From assembly GCA_004764695.1 (NCBI GenBank), contig SMSO01000031.1, positions 7,670,761 through 7,734,760 on the forward strand: 64,000 bases of DNA. The letters are read 5' to 3'. Each line of letters starts with the position of its first letter. Within the stretch, counting starts at the first letter, position 1. This document shows positions 1 to 12,600 of this stretch, one piece after another. Source of the DNA: Schizochytrium sp. TIO01 (lineage: Eukaryota > Protista > Bigyra: Labyrinthulomycetes). The notes beneath the pieces were generated by a model. That model did not search any database and had not been told where the DNA came from. It worked only from the letters and a program-made list of their open reading frames with translations. Made by a program: the position numbers and the translations under genes.

Positions 1-53
1 AACATAAAGGAGCCCGAAGCTGGAGGCTGAAGATGGTGTATGCAATCGATGCA

Positions 54-79
54 ATGCATGCATGCATGCATGCATGCAT
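54..79. repeat. (ATGC)n microsatellite
   Basis: Tandem ATGC units read directly. Confidence 0.9.
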
Positions 80-417
80 CCATGAAAGTTGGCCAAGAAG
101 AAAGGAGGACAGAGACAAAGGATGATGCGGCGCTGAGAAGGGGAGCCACGTAAGCTTTACGGTAGGAGTGCAGTAGGGGCGGTGGTTATCTTTGAAGACC
201 CTCGAATGGAATGAGAGATGGCGATAAAGGCCGTGAAGACAAAGAATTGCAATGAGTAATTAATTAATTGATCCTCGTCAATGCGGAATTGACTCCGCAG
301 CGTCAGCTTCGCAGGCTCTTGGAGATTCCAGGAAATTGGCAAATCAAGCAACCACCGAGGAGCAGAAGTCGCCCAAGTCGAGTCGCATGCACTTGAAGCT
401 AGCTAGCTGCCTGCTTC

Positions 418-516
418 TGCATTGCATTGCATTGCATTGCATTGCATTTTGCATTGCATTGCATTGCATTGCATTGCATTTTGCATTGCATTGCATTGCA
501 TTGCATTGCATTGCAT
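418..516. repeat. (GCATT)n pentanucleotide microsatellite with two TTTT interruptions
   Basis: Read directly; it explains the HCIAL repeat in spurious ORF 336..542. Confidence 0.95.
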
Positions 517-1640
517 CATTCATTGATTCATTGCTGTGCTAGTGCTTCTATTATTATGCTTTTCTGCGGCTGTCATGCATAACCTTCGAACAAGAGAATG
601 GAAATTATAGACATTGAATCCTCGTTCCGAAAATGCATCTCGCGCCACTGAAATACGATCAAGGCTCAGGAGTGGGAGACCTCGCGACAGCTGAGTGATC
701 TGGATGGGAATCTGCAACAACGAGGAACGATGGTGCTCCTCCGTATTCGTTGAATATTGTCCATTTACGTACATTTCATTCATTTAGGTGTTCCGAGGAG
801 TTGACATATGACATATCCTGGACTCCTACGTAGAGGCCTAAGTAACGGGGTGGCAGCAGTGGCAGTCGAAAGAGCGCAGAAGGTTCGCTGGAGTGCAAGA
901 ACCTCTGGAACGCGAGACGAATCGAGAATCTTAGCGAACTTCGAAGATGGATGTAGATAGATTGGAATCAAATCACGCCTGACCAAACAAGTCCGCGTCA
1001 ACAGACACACCAAGGTTCAAGAAGAAGATATTCTCAACAGGGTTGCGTAAATATACTTCCGGCACGTTTACATATTCAACGGATGCTCTGGTTAAGCATT
1101 CCTACCTAGTTTTCAGGTGCGTCTGAAAAGATCGTCGTTGCAGCCAACAACCAAACAGTAAACGGCTCAGTTTCCTTATGTTTTACTGGACGAGCTCAGG
1201 CTACTGCGATTAAACCATCATTACCAGCTCATGTGCTTCTGAGGATGAATGTAGCACGCTTCTGGCCAGCGCCGCTGCTTCACTCGAACTTATCGACTGC
1301 CGAGAACCAACTGGGGAGCTCTTGCATTACATTTCCAAGTATCTTTTTCATGACTTATAACTGATAATCTACTACGAAGATCATAGTAAGCGTACCTAGC
1401 CTAGATAGTTCGTAACCCAGGGCAGACCTTGAAAGGAAGGAGTGAAGCCCCTCAAAACCAAAACTCTTGAACGGCGCAGGGGCCTAGCTTGGCACCATTG
1501 CTGAGGCAGCAAAGGGACCAAGATAAGTTGGATCAGAGTGCAAATACTTAGAGTTCGTTCTTCTTCAGAAGTCGTGGCGTTTGCTTGGACTGATTCGCAT
1601 TGGTCAACCTTAAAGCGAACAAAAGTCAGAATCTGTTATC

Positions 1641-2192
1641 ATGAATCCTTTGGAGTACAGACCAGCACCCGGACCCGAAGCCGAGGCTTACGATAGGCTC
1701 TGGAGTAGCGCCACAGCAGGTACGCAATCTCCAGATAAGCTTTCTGGAAAACCTGCATTTGACTTTTTCATCACATGCGGCTTGCCTAAAGAGGTCCTCA
1801 AGCACATCTGGGATATGGCAGACCCGTACAAAAGATTCTTCTTAGAGAAACCACAATTTGATGTGGCCGTGCGGCTTATCTGCGTAGCATGTGCTGGCTT
1901 AGACATAAATGTTTTGGGCACATGCCCTGGACGAGCTCTTGCGATGCCTTCACCATGGAGTACTCCGGAGATAGCCTCCAAGTCGACCGTGAGACCAAAA
2001 TTCCAGAAGCAAGACCGCGTAGCTCACACGCGAACATCCGACGGCCTCGTACGTCGTGGTATTGTGGTTGGTGTTCATGATGACGACGCTGTGAATGGAA
2101 TATACTACACTGTACGTCTTGATGAAGGAAACCATGAGCTGCAAGCAGCAGAGCATAAACTTCGCCATGAGAGAGAGCTTGATGCGCCGTCT

Positions 2193-2259
<67 letters not shown>

Positions 2260-4229
2260 TAGTACCTCAGACCTGGGCTATGACCCAGAATGACTTTCAA
2301 AAATTTCGTGCTATGTACAACGAACTCGCTGGAAGATACCCTGGAAACCACATTAACACACAGAATGCAGCTGACTTCTTTAGCCAGTGTGGACTTAATT
2401 CAGATGCAATCATTGCGACCATTAGACTCTGCGACTTAGACCACGACAACTTTCTGAACGAGATCGAATTTTGCATTGCCTGCCACATTTTAGATGTCAA
2501 CAAGAATGGCTATTCAATGCCAACATCGCTGCCTGTAGAACTAGCTCAGTTGTATGCGCAGTATAACTCATGGGCAGCCCAGCAACGTCAGCAGCAGCAA
2601 CTTAGCCAGGCTAGCCAAAGTGAGTTTGTCATTCCATCGATTAGTATGGACCATGAGAAAGGGAATGGGGTGAATGAAGAGGCTAACCTCGAAGAACACA
2701 ATCTTGGTACGAATAATAATATACAGATGGTGTCGGCCTACCAAACGGCTGGTAAGGGGGATGGAAGCACCAAGACTGAATCAATTCCTGCTAGTGTGGG
2801 AAATGGTGCAGGCGGGAAGCACTTTGCAAAAGAACAATCAAATGAAGAGACAGAAGAAATAGAATCAACTCAACGAAATGGACTCGAATTAAACATGACT
2901 GAAGGATTGCAAGACTCACAAAACATTTTGCAAATACACACTAGTAATAGTAGTAGTAGCAGTAGTAGCAGCAGCAGCAGCATTGATGATGAGTTCGACA
3001 CAAATTGGGCTGCCCCAAGCTCATTGCAGTCTGATCCGTCGATTACATCATCGGAGCTGAATTCAGGCAAGCACAGAAAAAACAAAACTAGCAGCGCAAC
3101 TCAGGGGCCTCCTATCGAAGAAATCCTTTCCATAAATGGAGTTGGTGAATCTGCGCCCCTGGCATCCGATGATGTCGAAAATAGTTGGACTAGTTTTGAT
3201 GAGACCCTGAGAACACCAGTGATGACCCAAACCTCAACCGAAATGAGTCAAAGCCATGGTGCTGTAGCCGCTGCTGCTGTTGATGCTGGTATGCTTAGCG
3301 AAGACACAAGCCTCAAGCACCCTATCTTTCCTAAAGAGGATGGCTTGCAAAAATCAAACGGAAATTCTAGTGCTGTCTGTGCAAACGGTGTTGAAACCAG
3401 ACTGCAGGATTTGATTAAAGGGGAAGATTTTGGGGGGTTGCATTCCCTTCTTCTGGGAGCGACCTCCGACGAAGCTCCAACTGACAATAGTGAAATCAAC
3501 ACATTTTCAATGATGGTAGATCAGTGCCCAGCGCTTTTACGAATTTATGAAGGCGGCTTTACAAGCGAGCAAGCACTATTAGAGCGCTTGATCGCTGAGG
3601 AGAAATATGAGGAAGCAAAAGAAGCTGCCTTGCAGGCCGTTGAAAGACAGCGAAGAGTTTTAGCACACGCGCGTCTAGCAGAAGCAGTTGCCCGTGGTGG
3701 AGAGGTGGTCATTCGGCAATGGTCATACCTTTTGGAAGTAATTACTGAAGAGACAAAACGTGCTAATGTTTTAATTAGCTCTTTGCACATGTCTTTGACC
3801 GGGGATGCCGAGGCTGCTAACAACGCCATGCGATCTCAGCAAGTTCAACAATATTTTGCAGATGTCGACCGCATGAATATTATAGGATCGCGTGTGACTG
3901 CTGCTGTCATCGCAGGGCTTGTAGAGAAACAATTAGAAGAAGAGATCAGGAAATGGAGAGAAGTTCAATCAGAATTTTCAACAAACGTAAATACCCTTCA
4001 GCTTCAGGAATCAGATGATCAAATTCAACAAAATCACAACACTGCTGAGCTAGTTACTCTGCTTCTCGATAAAACTGTAGATAAAAATGAGTGTGTGCGA
4101 TGTGGCCTTACTCTTTGGCCTTTAGAGGCGTCCGAAATTTGCAAATTTAGTGGTAAGTCGTTTCGAAGAGATGTTCTCAATTTATGGCTGAACAAAATCG
4201 ACTCTACTGCACCTTCGGTATATTGGTAA
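1641..4229 (+). CDS. EH (Eps15-homology) domain protein, synergin-gamma-like endocytic/AP-1 accessory protein, 862 aa
   Basis: Two EH domains (LSGKPAFDFFITCGLPKEVLKHIWDMAD; FFSQCGLNSDAIIATIRLCDLDHDNFLNEIEFCIACH), acidic/aromatic motifs (DDEFDTNW, SWTSFD), and a C-terminal CGLTL...FSGKSF...NLWLNKI segment resembling the synergin-gamma C-terminus. Confidence 0.75.
2193..2255 (+). repeat. Pure (CAG)21 coding repeat (polyQ)
   Basis: 63 nt of uninterrupted CAG in frame in the EH-domain gene. Confidence 0.95.
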
Positions 4230-4449
4230 CCAATATAGATAAATTAATTCTCCCCTTTCGACTTTGCCATATTTGTTGGCATTCCCTTTCACCTTCACAT
4301 CAAGAGTTGCGATGCTAAAGCAGCCTTCTATCAAGTGCAACAAACTTTTTGAAAATAACTTATGATTTGCTCCATGCATCCTTGCATATATTGGAATCAG
4401 CCAGAAAATTTGTACAGAATGCCGCTTGACTGCTCAATTATCTGTTTCC

Positions 4450-6303
4450 TTAGGGGTCTTGACTCGGGTCGGTGAGATCGGTGAGGCCAGTTCTTTTGTG
4501 CAAAATAGAGATATCAGTCTGTAATTCATGAACTGTTGAGAAGTATAATGACCTCATTTTACTTGCACGAGATGTGATAACTTCAAGGCGAGGATCTGCA
4601 TATTGGCTTGCTGCAAGCTCACGAATACTTGAAACAAGATCTTGAAAGTATGTTTGCATTGCGCGGTTACTCGTTTCGGTGTGCAAAAGAGTTGTTTGTA
4701 ACCGATTATGCAGATCTTCGTCATGAAGGACACCTCTTCCAACTCTAGAACTATACGGATCATGAATTCCGGCTCCAGATTCTTCAGAAGTAGATAACAA
4801 AGATGTAGATCTGTAGTTTCCACCATTCGATGTGCGTTCTGTCCCGGTGTGAGAAAGAGTTATTTCTTTAGAGGTGGTTGACTTTAGATTGGAAGCGCTA
4901 TTCTTTAGTCCAAGCTCCACGCTGCTTAGTGATTGATCATTGGCAACGTGAAAATCTGAGTTTTCGAGACGTGGAACTTTAGCTGGCCTGGTGAGGTGAA
5001 GGTCATCAATTCGTTGATCCGCAATGTTCATCGCTACGTTGAGAACATCTTGATGTCCTGGGATCGGTGTGTTTATGTCGAACTTAACGCATGGTACTGG
5101 GATGGCAAAGCCAACATGTTTCCCATCCTTTATAATATCCTCTGGATGATGCATGGAAGTTTCTAAGACAGCAAAGCGGAGTCTCCGTCGTCGGTTTCGC
5201 GATGATGAAGAAGGAGGGTTTTCGTTGCTAGTTGTGTCTCCGTGAGAATTAGTAGACTTTCGACGGTCTAAACCATCCATTTTAAAGAAGACTTCTGGAA
5301 AGTGAGTCCAACAGACCTCTGGCTTGGAAATACATTTCACAGAAAGTTGATCTTCTGTAATTCCAAGATGGGCGAGCCATCTCTCACGAAGTTTGATACC
5401 ACAGCGTTCCGCCCCAGGTGGTGGCAATTGAAATGACGAGCTATTTAGCCAGTGGTCTGATCCTGCACGATCTTCAAGAATACGGCACTGGCCGCTTTCA
5501 AAAACGCTGCTTGAAGCTTGCTCGCACACACATAAATTACGCCGTCTTCGCCTCTGTGCTGAGTGTTGAAGGGTGTTCAGTGATTCACTGACAGTAGGCA
5601 TTACAGTACCTGTTGAAGAAGCAGCTGCTGCCAGTGAGGCAGCTTCTTCTAGTTGCTCTTGTAGTTGCTGCTGTCGTGCACGAACCTCCTTCAGAAGATT
5701 AATTTTAGTTCCACCATGTATCTGATGTTGTTCGTCCTCTCGCTCCTGCAATATGTGTCCTGACTCTACAGAGGATGATCGCAACGTAGCTTCATGAGTT
5801 TTGTTACTCACCTGGCGATTTACATCTGTGACAAGAGTCTCACTGTTTTGTTCCGTTCTACCCAAAGTATTAAATTCTTCAACCACATGCCCCGGAGGTT
5901 CCAGATCTGATGAAACTTGAACAGCAGTAACACTTGCAATCCTTTCAGCGTCTTTTGAAACATTGGATTCTGCACTCGATTCTGCAGAGGCCCTTACTCC
6001 AGTCGTTTGAGAGGCTTTTGCTTCCGAAGAATTCAATCCTGAAGCATTTACATCTGCAGCATTTTCTTCTGCTACATAGGCTGCTTCATTGTTGTTCGCG
6101 TTCGTAGCCTCAAGCCGCTCCGGCTCAACGATTTCTATCGACTCTGTTTTGGTGTTGATTTCATCCTTCGGTGAGCTGTTGGCCTGCACTCGGGGAGAGG
6201 TCTGGGAAGGCACTGCAGCCTGGTTTATGCTTGATGCGAGGTTTGTGTTGGGCTCAATCTCCGACATCGCGTCAATGTTAAGAACGTTAGGGCTCTGAGG
6301 CAA
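4450..6303 (-). CDS. Uncharacterised protein with a central THAP-like zinc finger; 5' end uncertain
   Basis: 617-aa ORF. Motif CVC...C...FQLP...RERWLAHLG...VCWTHF...RRRRLR...AIPVP. The ORF opens with TTG just below a T-rich, acceptor-like stretch (ttaactcatattcctcgtag, ~6340-6321), so an upstream exon or the internal ATG (MSEIE) is possible. Confidence 0.65.
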   Translation of the reverse strand: MPQSPNVLNIDAMSEIEPNTNLASSINQAAVPSQTSPRVQANSSPKDEINTKTESIEIVEPERLEATNANNNEAAYVAEENAADVNASGLNSSEAKASQTTGVRASAESSAESNVSKDAERIASVTAVQVSSDLEPPGHVVEEFNTLGRTEQNSETLVTDVNRQVSNKTHEATLRSSSVESGHILQEREDEQHQIHGGTKINLLKEVRARQQQLQEQLEEAASLAAAASSTGTVMPTVSESLNTLQHSAQRRRRRNLCVCEQASSSVFESGQCRILEDRAGSDHWLNSSSFQLPPPGAERCGIKLRERWLAHLGITEDQLSVKCISKPEVCWTHFPEVFFKMDGLDRRKSTNSHGDTTSNENPPSSSSRNRRRRLRFAVLETSMHHPEDIIKDGKHVGFAIPVPCVKFDINTPIPGHQDVLNVAMNIADQRIDDLHLTRPAKVPRLENSDFHVANDQSLSSVELGLKNSASNLKSTTSKEITLSHTGTERTSNGGNYRSTSLLSTSEESGAGIHDPYSSRVGRGVLHDEDLHNRLQTTLLHTETSNRAMQTYFQDLVSSIRELAASQYADPRLEVITSRASKMRSLYFSTVHELQTDISILHKRTGLTDLTDPSQDP

Positions 6304-6654
6304 TGATAAAGAATCGAACTCTACGAGGAATATGAGTTAAAAAGAAAATTGATTGCTATTTTGTGCATTGAAAAAAAATAAAAAATCCTTAGATGTACTA
6401 TAGCGAACACTATAAAAAAAGGTAGCATGTTTTCGTTAGGTTAGGTCAAAATCAATGACGATCAAATGTAAAGCACCAGCGAAGAGTCAAACATGAAAAT
6501 TTACTGGTAGGTACCAAGATAACGATGGATGATCTAGAGAAACTAGGTTACGAAAGTTAGACGGGAGCTAGATTTAGCAAGGAGAAGAGAAACTTTAAAA
6601 GCTTTGACAAAAGATTCAAATGCATTGCTGCTAGTTCTAGAGATGTTGCATTTC

Positions 6655-9600
6655 CTAACGCCGAGCCGGATGTCTTGGCTTACTTGGACTTTGACGATTG
6701 GAGGCCTTGTTTTCTTCGCTTCTATTTATGAATGGTGGAATAGGCGAGGCCGGAGACTTCAAAGGTTCAGCAGAAGCAAAAGGCTCCTCGTCAGAGACAG
6801 AATTTGAAAACAATGTTTTCCAATGGCTATTGGAAAACGTATATGTTGTTGAAAGTGAGTTCGAGGTATTATGATCAGATGATCGGTCGAGTCGCAATGG
6901 AGTGCGGTTATGATGCCACTTGGGACGAAGGCCTGAAGGAGGAGTTTCAGTGACCAAGGGTGCAGGCCTTGCGAGTATGTTTTCTAGGTGCCCCGTTGCG
7001 TACTCCAGTGATGGCTCGATATGAGAAACCAGGTGCTTGATAGACATTTTCGGCAATCTGACAATCGGGGCAATGACCTTGTGCAGGTGGAGATCTTCCA
7101 CGTCGTCAGAGCGGAATTCAAGCTTGGGCAGACGCTCTTCTCGTAGAATGCGTTGCAATTCCTCTGAGAGGTTAATTTTGTCTCCAAAGGCAGCTACCTT
7201 GACTGCCCAAGAGTATGGGCTAGTGAGTGTACCATCGTTAGCATTTGATACCGGCGAAAGGTCAATCCAGAAGCTTTGCTGAGCTTCCACCCGCAGTGTA
7301 AGTAGAACATTGATATCAACACTCTGTGCCGGAAGCAGCGAGACTTCTGATGGTGCAAAGTTTACTGTGCCAATTTCTTCGGCATCACGCGCCACCAGAC
7401 GTACATTAAGTTCAACATCGCCAGAGTTCTTGACATGAAGATAAGCTGCCTGTCGAATGTGAGTCGAAACACGTCCAAAATTCAATACTCGCGGGAAATC
7501 GAGGCTGACGCGACCACCGATGCCTAATACCCGCACAGTTTCTTTCAGGAGCCTTGCGGCCGGGACACTTTTTGTTGGTAACTCAGCGTCATGACTGATG
7601 TCCAAATGTTTACCATCTGTACTCAATACACCTGGTTCCTTGTCAAAGGCATGTATAATTATTGCACCTTCATACGATTTTTCCTGAACTGGCATAAACA
7701 CTACCTGGACACTTTGAGAGGATCGGGCCTTTACCATCAATCGATTTGGCTTTACAGAAAACCAAGAACCACCAGTGCGCTCTAATTCAAAAAACATTGG
7801 CAACATACTAGTATTGCGCACAGTTAACGTATCCGCTTTGTTCAACATTGCACCTACAAAACCAAAATCAAGACATTGGGACGGTTTTAGTTTAATGCTT
7901 GCTTGACTGCCTTGACCTGTTACAGAGACTGAAAAAATCAAATCGTCGACCTGTATCTCGACCGTTGTCTCATAAAGTGCATCCTCACGTGGCCTAAAGA
8001 CAACAGGATAATCCACAACTTTGTGAGGACCTAATTTGATCGGATTTGCAGTAGGAGAATAGAAAGCTGCATCAGGAAATGTCACGCGGGCTTCAACAAC
8101 TTCCTCTGTGATATTTTCAAGACTCAAAATGCGCTCTTGAGACTGTCCCACGAAAACAGGATCCGTGAATCGAATCGGACCTAGGCTTTCTGCCTTGAAG
8201 ATATGATCCATCGTTTTAACATGTACGGGAAGTATCATTTCTGGAAGAGCGCCATGTAAGAAGCTAATAACGATCTTCACAGGATTGTGAAGAGAATCAA
8301 ACGATATGGGGAAATTACAGCGAAGCTTCACGGCAATCGGTTCACCTAAAACAAGGACGCCTTCTTTCCTTGACAGAGAGAAGTAAGCATTATAGTTCTC
8401 TGTAGAGTTTGGGTGCTTGTGCACAATAATTTGTGCTTTGAACGGAATGTACATAGTACTGTCAGTAGAAAGAACAAACGACTTAGACACAGCCTGTTTA
8501 GTTAAGATTGAGCCAAAAGAGAGCACTGCACCTACTCGTGCTGTCTCTTCTTCATTTAAGAAGCTTGAAGAATCTTGACCATCTCCACCCGCACTCAGAT
8601 CACGAATGCGAACCACACCTTTTTCAGCATCTGTTGGTAAAGGATCTGAAAGCTCAACAATGACCCGCGGGACGGTCAATACGTATTTTAGCTCGATTGG
8701 GAAAGGAGGGAGGTTGCCTGGACGTAAAAGGTATACCTTAAAAGAACAGGGCACAGCTGACTGCGATTGTGCATTCATTAATGCACGGAAGCGATGAACA
8801 TGCTGTTTTGCAGGTATCTTTTTTGCATCCAGCCATGAATCGGGAATACCAAGACGGACCTCGACAACAGAATCCTCATTTTCGGTAGCTAAGAGAACCG
8901 ACCTTGATAATTCTAGGTGCCCAAGCTCGTGAACTGTAGGCAAGACATCATTGGGCAGCAAGCCACCTTCGCCAGCAAGGATACCCCCTGCACCAAAAGG
9001 TGGCTTCCACCGCGGATCCCACGATGCATCCCCAAAAAGAAGTTTCAATGGCACATCCTGCGATCCACGGCGTTGTAAAATGAGCTGGGTCGTCTGCACC
9101 TCGCCGAAATTCCATCGACCAAAATCGATGCAATTTTGTAAGCGATCCATTTGCAAATCAAATGATTGTGCATCAGCACAAATCATAACCTCCCTCGCGC
9201 CACCGCCTCTACCGCGTTCGATATTGGTGTCAATTATTAGCTTCGCTTGAAGATTCCCGCGGAAGCGAGGACAAAAAGAAAGCATCATACATAGCTCTGC
9301 GCCAGCAGCTAGAACACCAAAACCATAATAGACAGGTTGTTCGATCCCCTCACCAACACCGTCTCCTGGGTGGCTTAGCTCCCCAATGCTTTGTGCATAA
9401 TCCAAGAATTCAGGGGTTTGCCCCACTGCTAGATCTAGCTTCGCTGGAATTGCACGATTGCGATGAGTACTATTAGGTCGTTGCCAGCCTAGAAACAGAA
9501 CTTGTTCATAGTCTTCAGTCGATTCATATTCGATACGAGGTTTGACATGTAACATACCAGTGCCCCTATTACGAAAGATGATCGGTATGGAAATCGAAGA

Positions 9601-12600
9601 GCTAAGTTGGCACTGTCCAAAGTCAATAATGCTCTGGCCATCTAGATTTGTGGAAAGCTCAGGACTGCCTACAGAACCATATCCACGTAGGTGAATATCG
9701 CATACTCCAGTTGTCTCATTAAAGACTTCTATTTCAACATCATGCCAGTTTTCTGTGTCTTCATCAACTGCTGTAAACGAGACTTGAAGATCGACTGAAC
9801 CCCCTGGTTCAATCTTCCCATTACTTGGAGATACTTTCCAAGCGTCATCTGCTTTAGATAAGCGACATACAAACTTAATTTCCATGTCTGTCCCATTTAG
9901 CAAAGATCGAGTATCAGTACATTTTTGACGGAAAGGAAGACGTCCCATAGCAAAGTTCGACTTCTTTGATAGTCGCAATCTGTTGTTGATTGCATCTGCT
10001 GAAATCGGGATAGTTTTTCCGAAGGGGCCCGCAAGGGCATCTAAGCCTCCCATATTATCTAAACCTTTAACACCTCGGCGATTCGTGGAACTATATTTAT
10101 TTGGTGAAAAGTTTAGGTCGACGACTTCTTGCAAATCAGGGTGACATGGGCGAAGAAGGATAGTGCCATTTAATTTCCCCACTGCCTTGGCCCAATAACC
10201 AACGCTCACGGTTACTTGCGTATGGCTTCCAAGGCGAAAGAGTGCACGATGGTTATCGTTAATCCTTTCCTTCTCATGCAAAGCCTCTAGCTCGTAAACT
10301 GCTCGTCCAGATTGTTTCTGTATTATTTGACCTTTTCCCATGGTCGATTCCTCCACAATAAAAGTCATTTGCTCTTGCGTTTCAGCAGGTTCCACAGTAA
10401 GCTCAACCCATGATCCAAGGAGACCAGAGTTTTGTATGGAGAGTGAGTCAAGGGTGACGAAGCCAACGCCAATATTGTTCTGCTCGAGAGGTTTGATAAC
10501 CTCCATGCAGAATTCACCCCCTGCACCTGAAACAGGAATGAGAAGCTTTTGGTCCGAGGTTCCTAACACTAAAAATTCTAGCGAACCCCTGTACTTCTCT
10601 TCAGATGAAGGGTAAAATCCAATGAAAATTGTGGTTGTTTCCCCTGGCTCTAATCGGATCTTCCGGAGAGGAACAGAAGCTAACTGATTAGATCCATTTT
10701 CACCCCCTGCCGGGCTGCTTGTTGCTCCTTGAGGCGCCGCAGTTCTGTCTCCATTTTTATTGTGAAATGCTTTTTTCGCCATCAGCCGTCCCATCTCCAA
10801 AGCCTCGCCAGTTAGTGTCCGGTCCAGCTCTGCGGCATCAAAACGGCGTTCAATCTGTATTTCCATATCTCGTTGCTTTTTCTCTTCCTCGCTAAAGCAT
10901 ATAGAAAATATGTTGCGAGGCAGATTGCATTCGATGCGGCATTCTAAGGAGAGCTTTCCTTCATTCTGCATACAAACGTGCCGCCAAGTTCCGACTGAAC
11001 CTATTCGATTGGGCCGGGTGCCAAAACCGATTCCTTTGTCTCCTTGCACTAGATCCTTTCCACCAACTTCAACAGGGGTTTGGCTTTCTTGCTCTTTTGA
11101 CTCATCCTCAATTGCCAGTAGTTCTTCATCATCAACGTCGGCAAGTGACCAAGTCAGGCGTCCACGAGCACCTTCACCCATCAGGATGACTTCATACGGA
11201 GTCTGCCCAGCCCATTCGATCAAAAGAATTCCTCTACAGTCCAATAGGTCCTCATCAGCAGCAAGATTTGACCGTTTGGGTGCAAATTTCACATTCATAG
11301 CATGATCATCTTGAGCAGGAATCGTGCCGTTCGCGACATCAACAGTGAAAAAATCCCCCCCTTCAATTATGCGCGCTGACCAACTAACTGGACAGTTTCC
11401 AATAGACTGTAATATCAGAGTTTTCGCCTCAGGGTGACCATCAATCTGACATCGACCAAAATTGAGCTCGCCCTCAGTACATATCAATCTAGGCAATCCC
11501 GAAGTTGCAGCAAAGGCAAGTTGTTTTCGTACCTGACCAGTTTTGAGAGCATTACCCACAGGCCTAAAGCGTACATCTGAAATAACCTGGTGGAAACCTT
11601 CAGTTTTGGCCAGGAATGCCACATCGACTGAGATGCGTTCAGCCGGAGCTAGGTGCCCTGATAGAGGATATATCGAGAAATTTCCTTTCTCCCCCGCTAC
11701 TTTATTATCTTCAGGTTGGATAAGAAATTCAACGTCGATAGTTCCATGGTTCACGAACTCGCATGCCCCTTTCCGAATAAACTCATGGTGAACCATGCAG
11801 ATACCAAAATAACTCATGAGCACGTCATCAGATGTCAGAGCAGAAGATTGAAGCAAACTGGGGATGTTGATTCGTGCATCGAGCTTGCCAATTTTACTAC
11901 GGAGGGAACCACCCCACTCTTGGTCTGGGATTTGGTCGACCCGGATTGTCCAATTACCAAGAAATACAGTAGCTTCCTTGTCAACACCTGGCAGATCTTC
12001 GCTCGCCGCAGTTTCAATCACAAGAGTTACGCTCTCTCCAGGGGATAGCTTCGCGTGCACTGGACCAATAGAAAAGCACGACACGCGAGCTCGGTCATCT
12101 TGATCAGGGTCAACTGTGGCCTCAATTGGGCCAGGGGTGGGCCCAGAGTGTTTAAGTTCGGAAACACGCTGCCGAAGTGCAGATCGTGCAACCGTGAGAC
12201 CTCTGGTTTTCCCTTCTTGCGCCGAATCATCTTTACCGGTATTCCACATGGAGAGGACTTTATTTGCAACAGATTTACGTGCGCCTTTAATTGTTTGATC
12301 ATGAAGATAGAGAGTCGATCGGACGTCCACCTCCGTGCGTCCCGTATTCTGGATTTTAAACACTTTTTGCGCATGTGCACCAACGAGAATGACGCCAAAA
12401 TCAATATCTCTATTCTCGGGAACATGTACTTGTGGAGCCACCACTTGACCACAGAGACGTAGCTCAAGTTGACCTGAGTCTGTTTTGATTGGAATAACTA
12501 AATCGAGAAGGTCGCAATGACGAGATATGATCTGAATGGCAATCTCAACTTCTTCGCCAGGCTCAATTTGGCCATCTGTAGCGCTAAAGTCAACCTTTAG

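Noticed and set aside
336-542. 68-aa ORF with HCIAL repeats
   Set aside because: It is the translation of the (GCATT)n microsatellite.
4450-6303. P-element-like transposon at the THAP-like gene
   Set aside because: No transposase catalytic region, terminal inverted repeats or target-site duplication seen.
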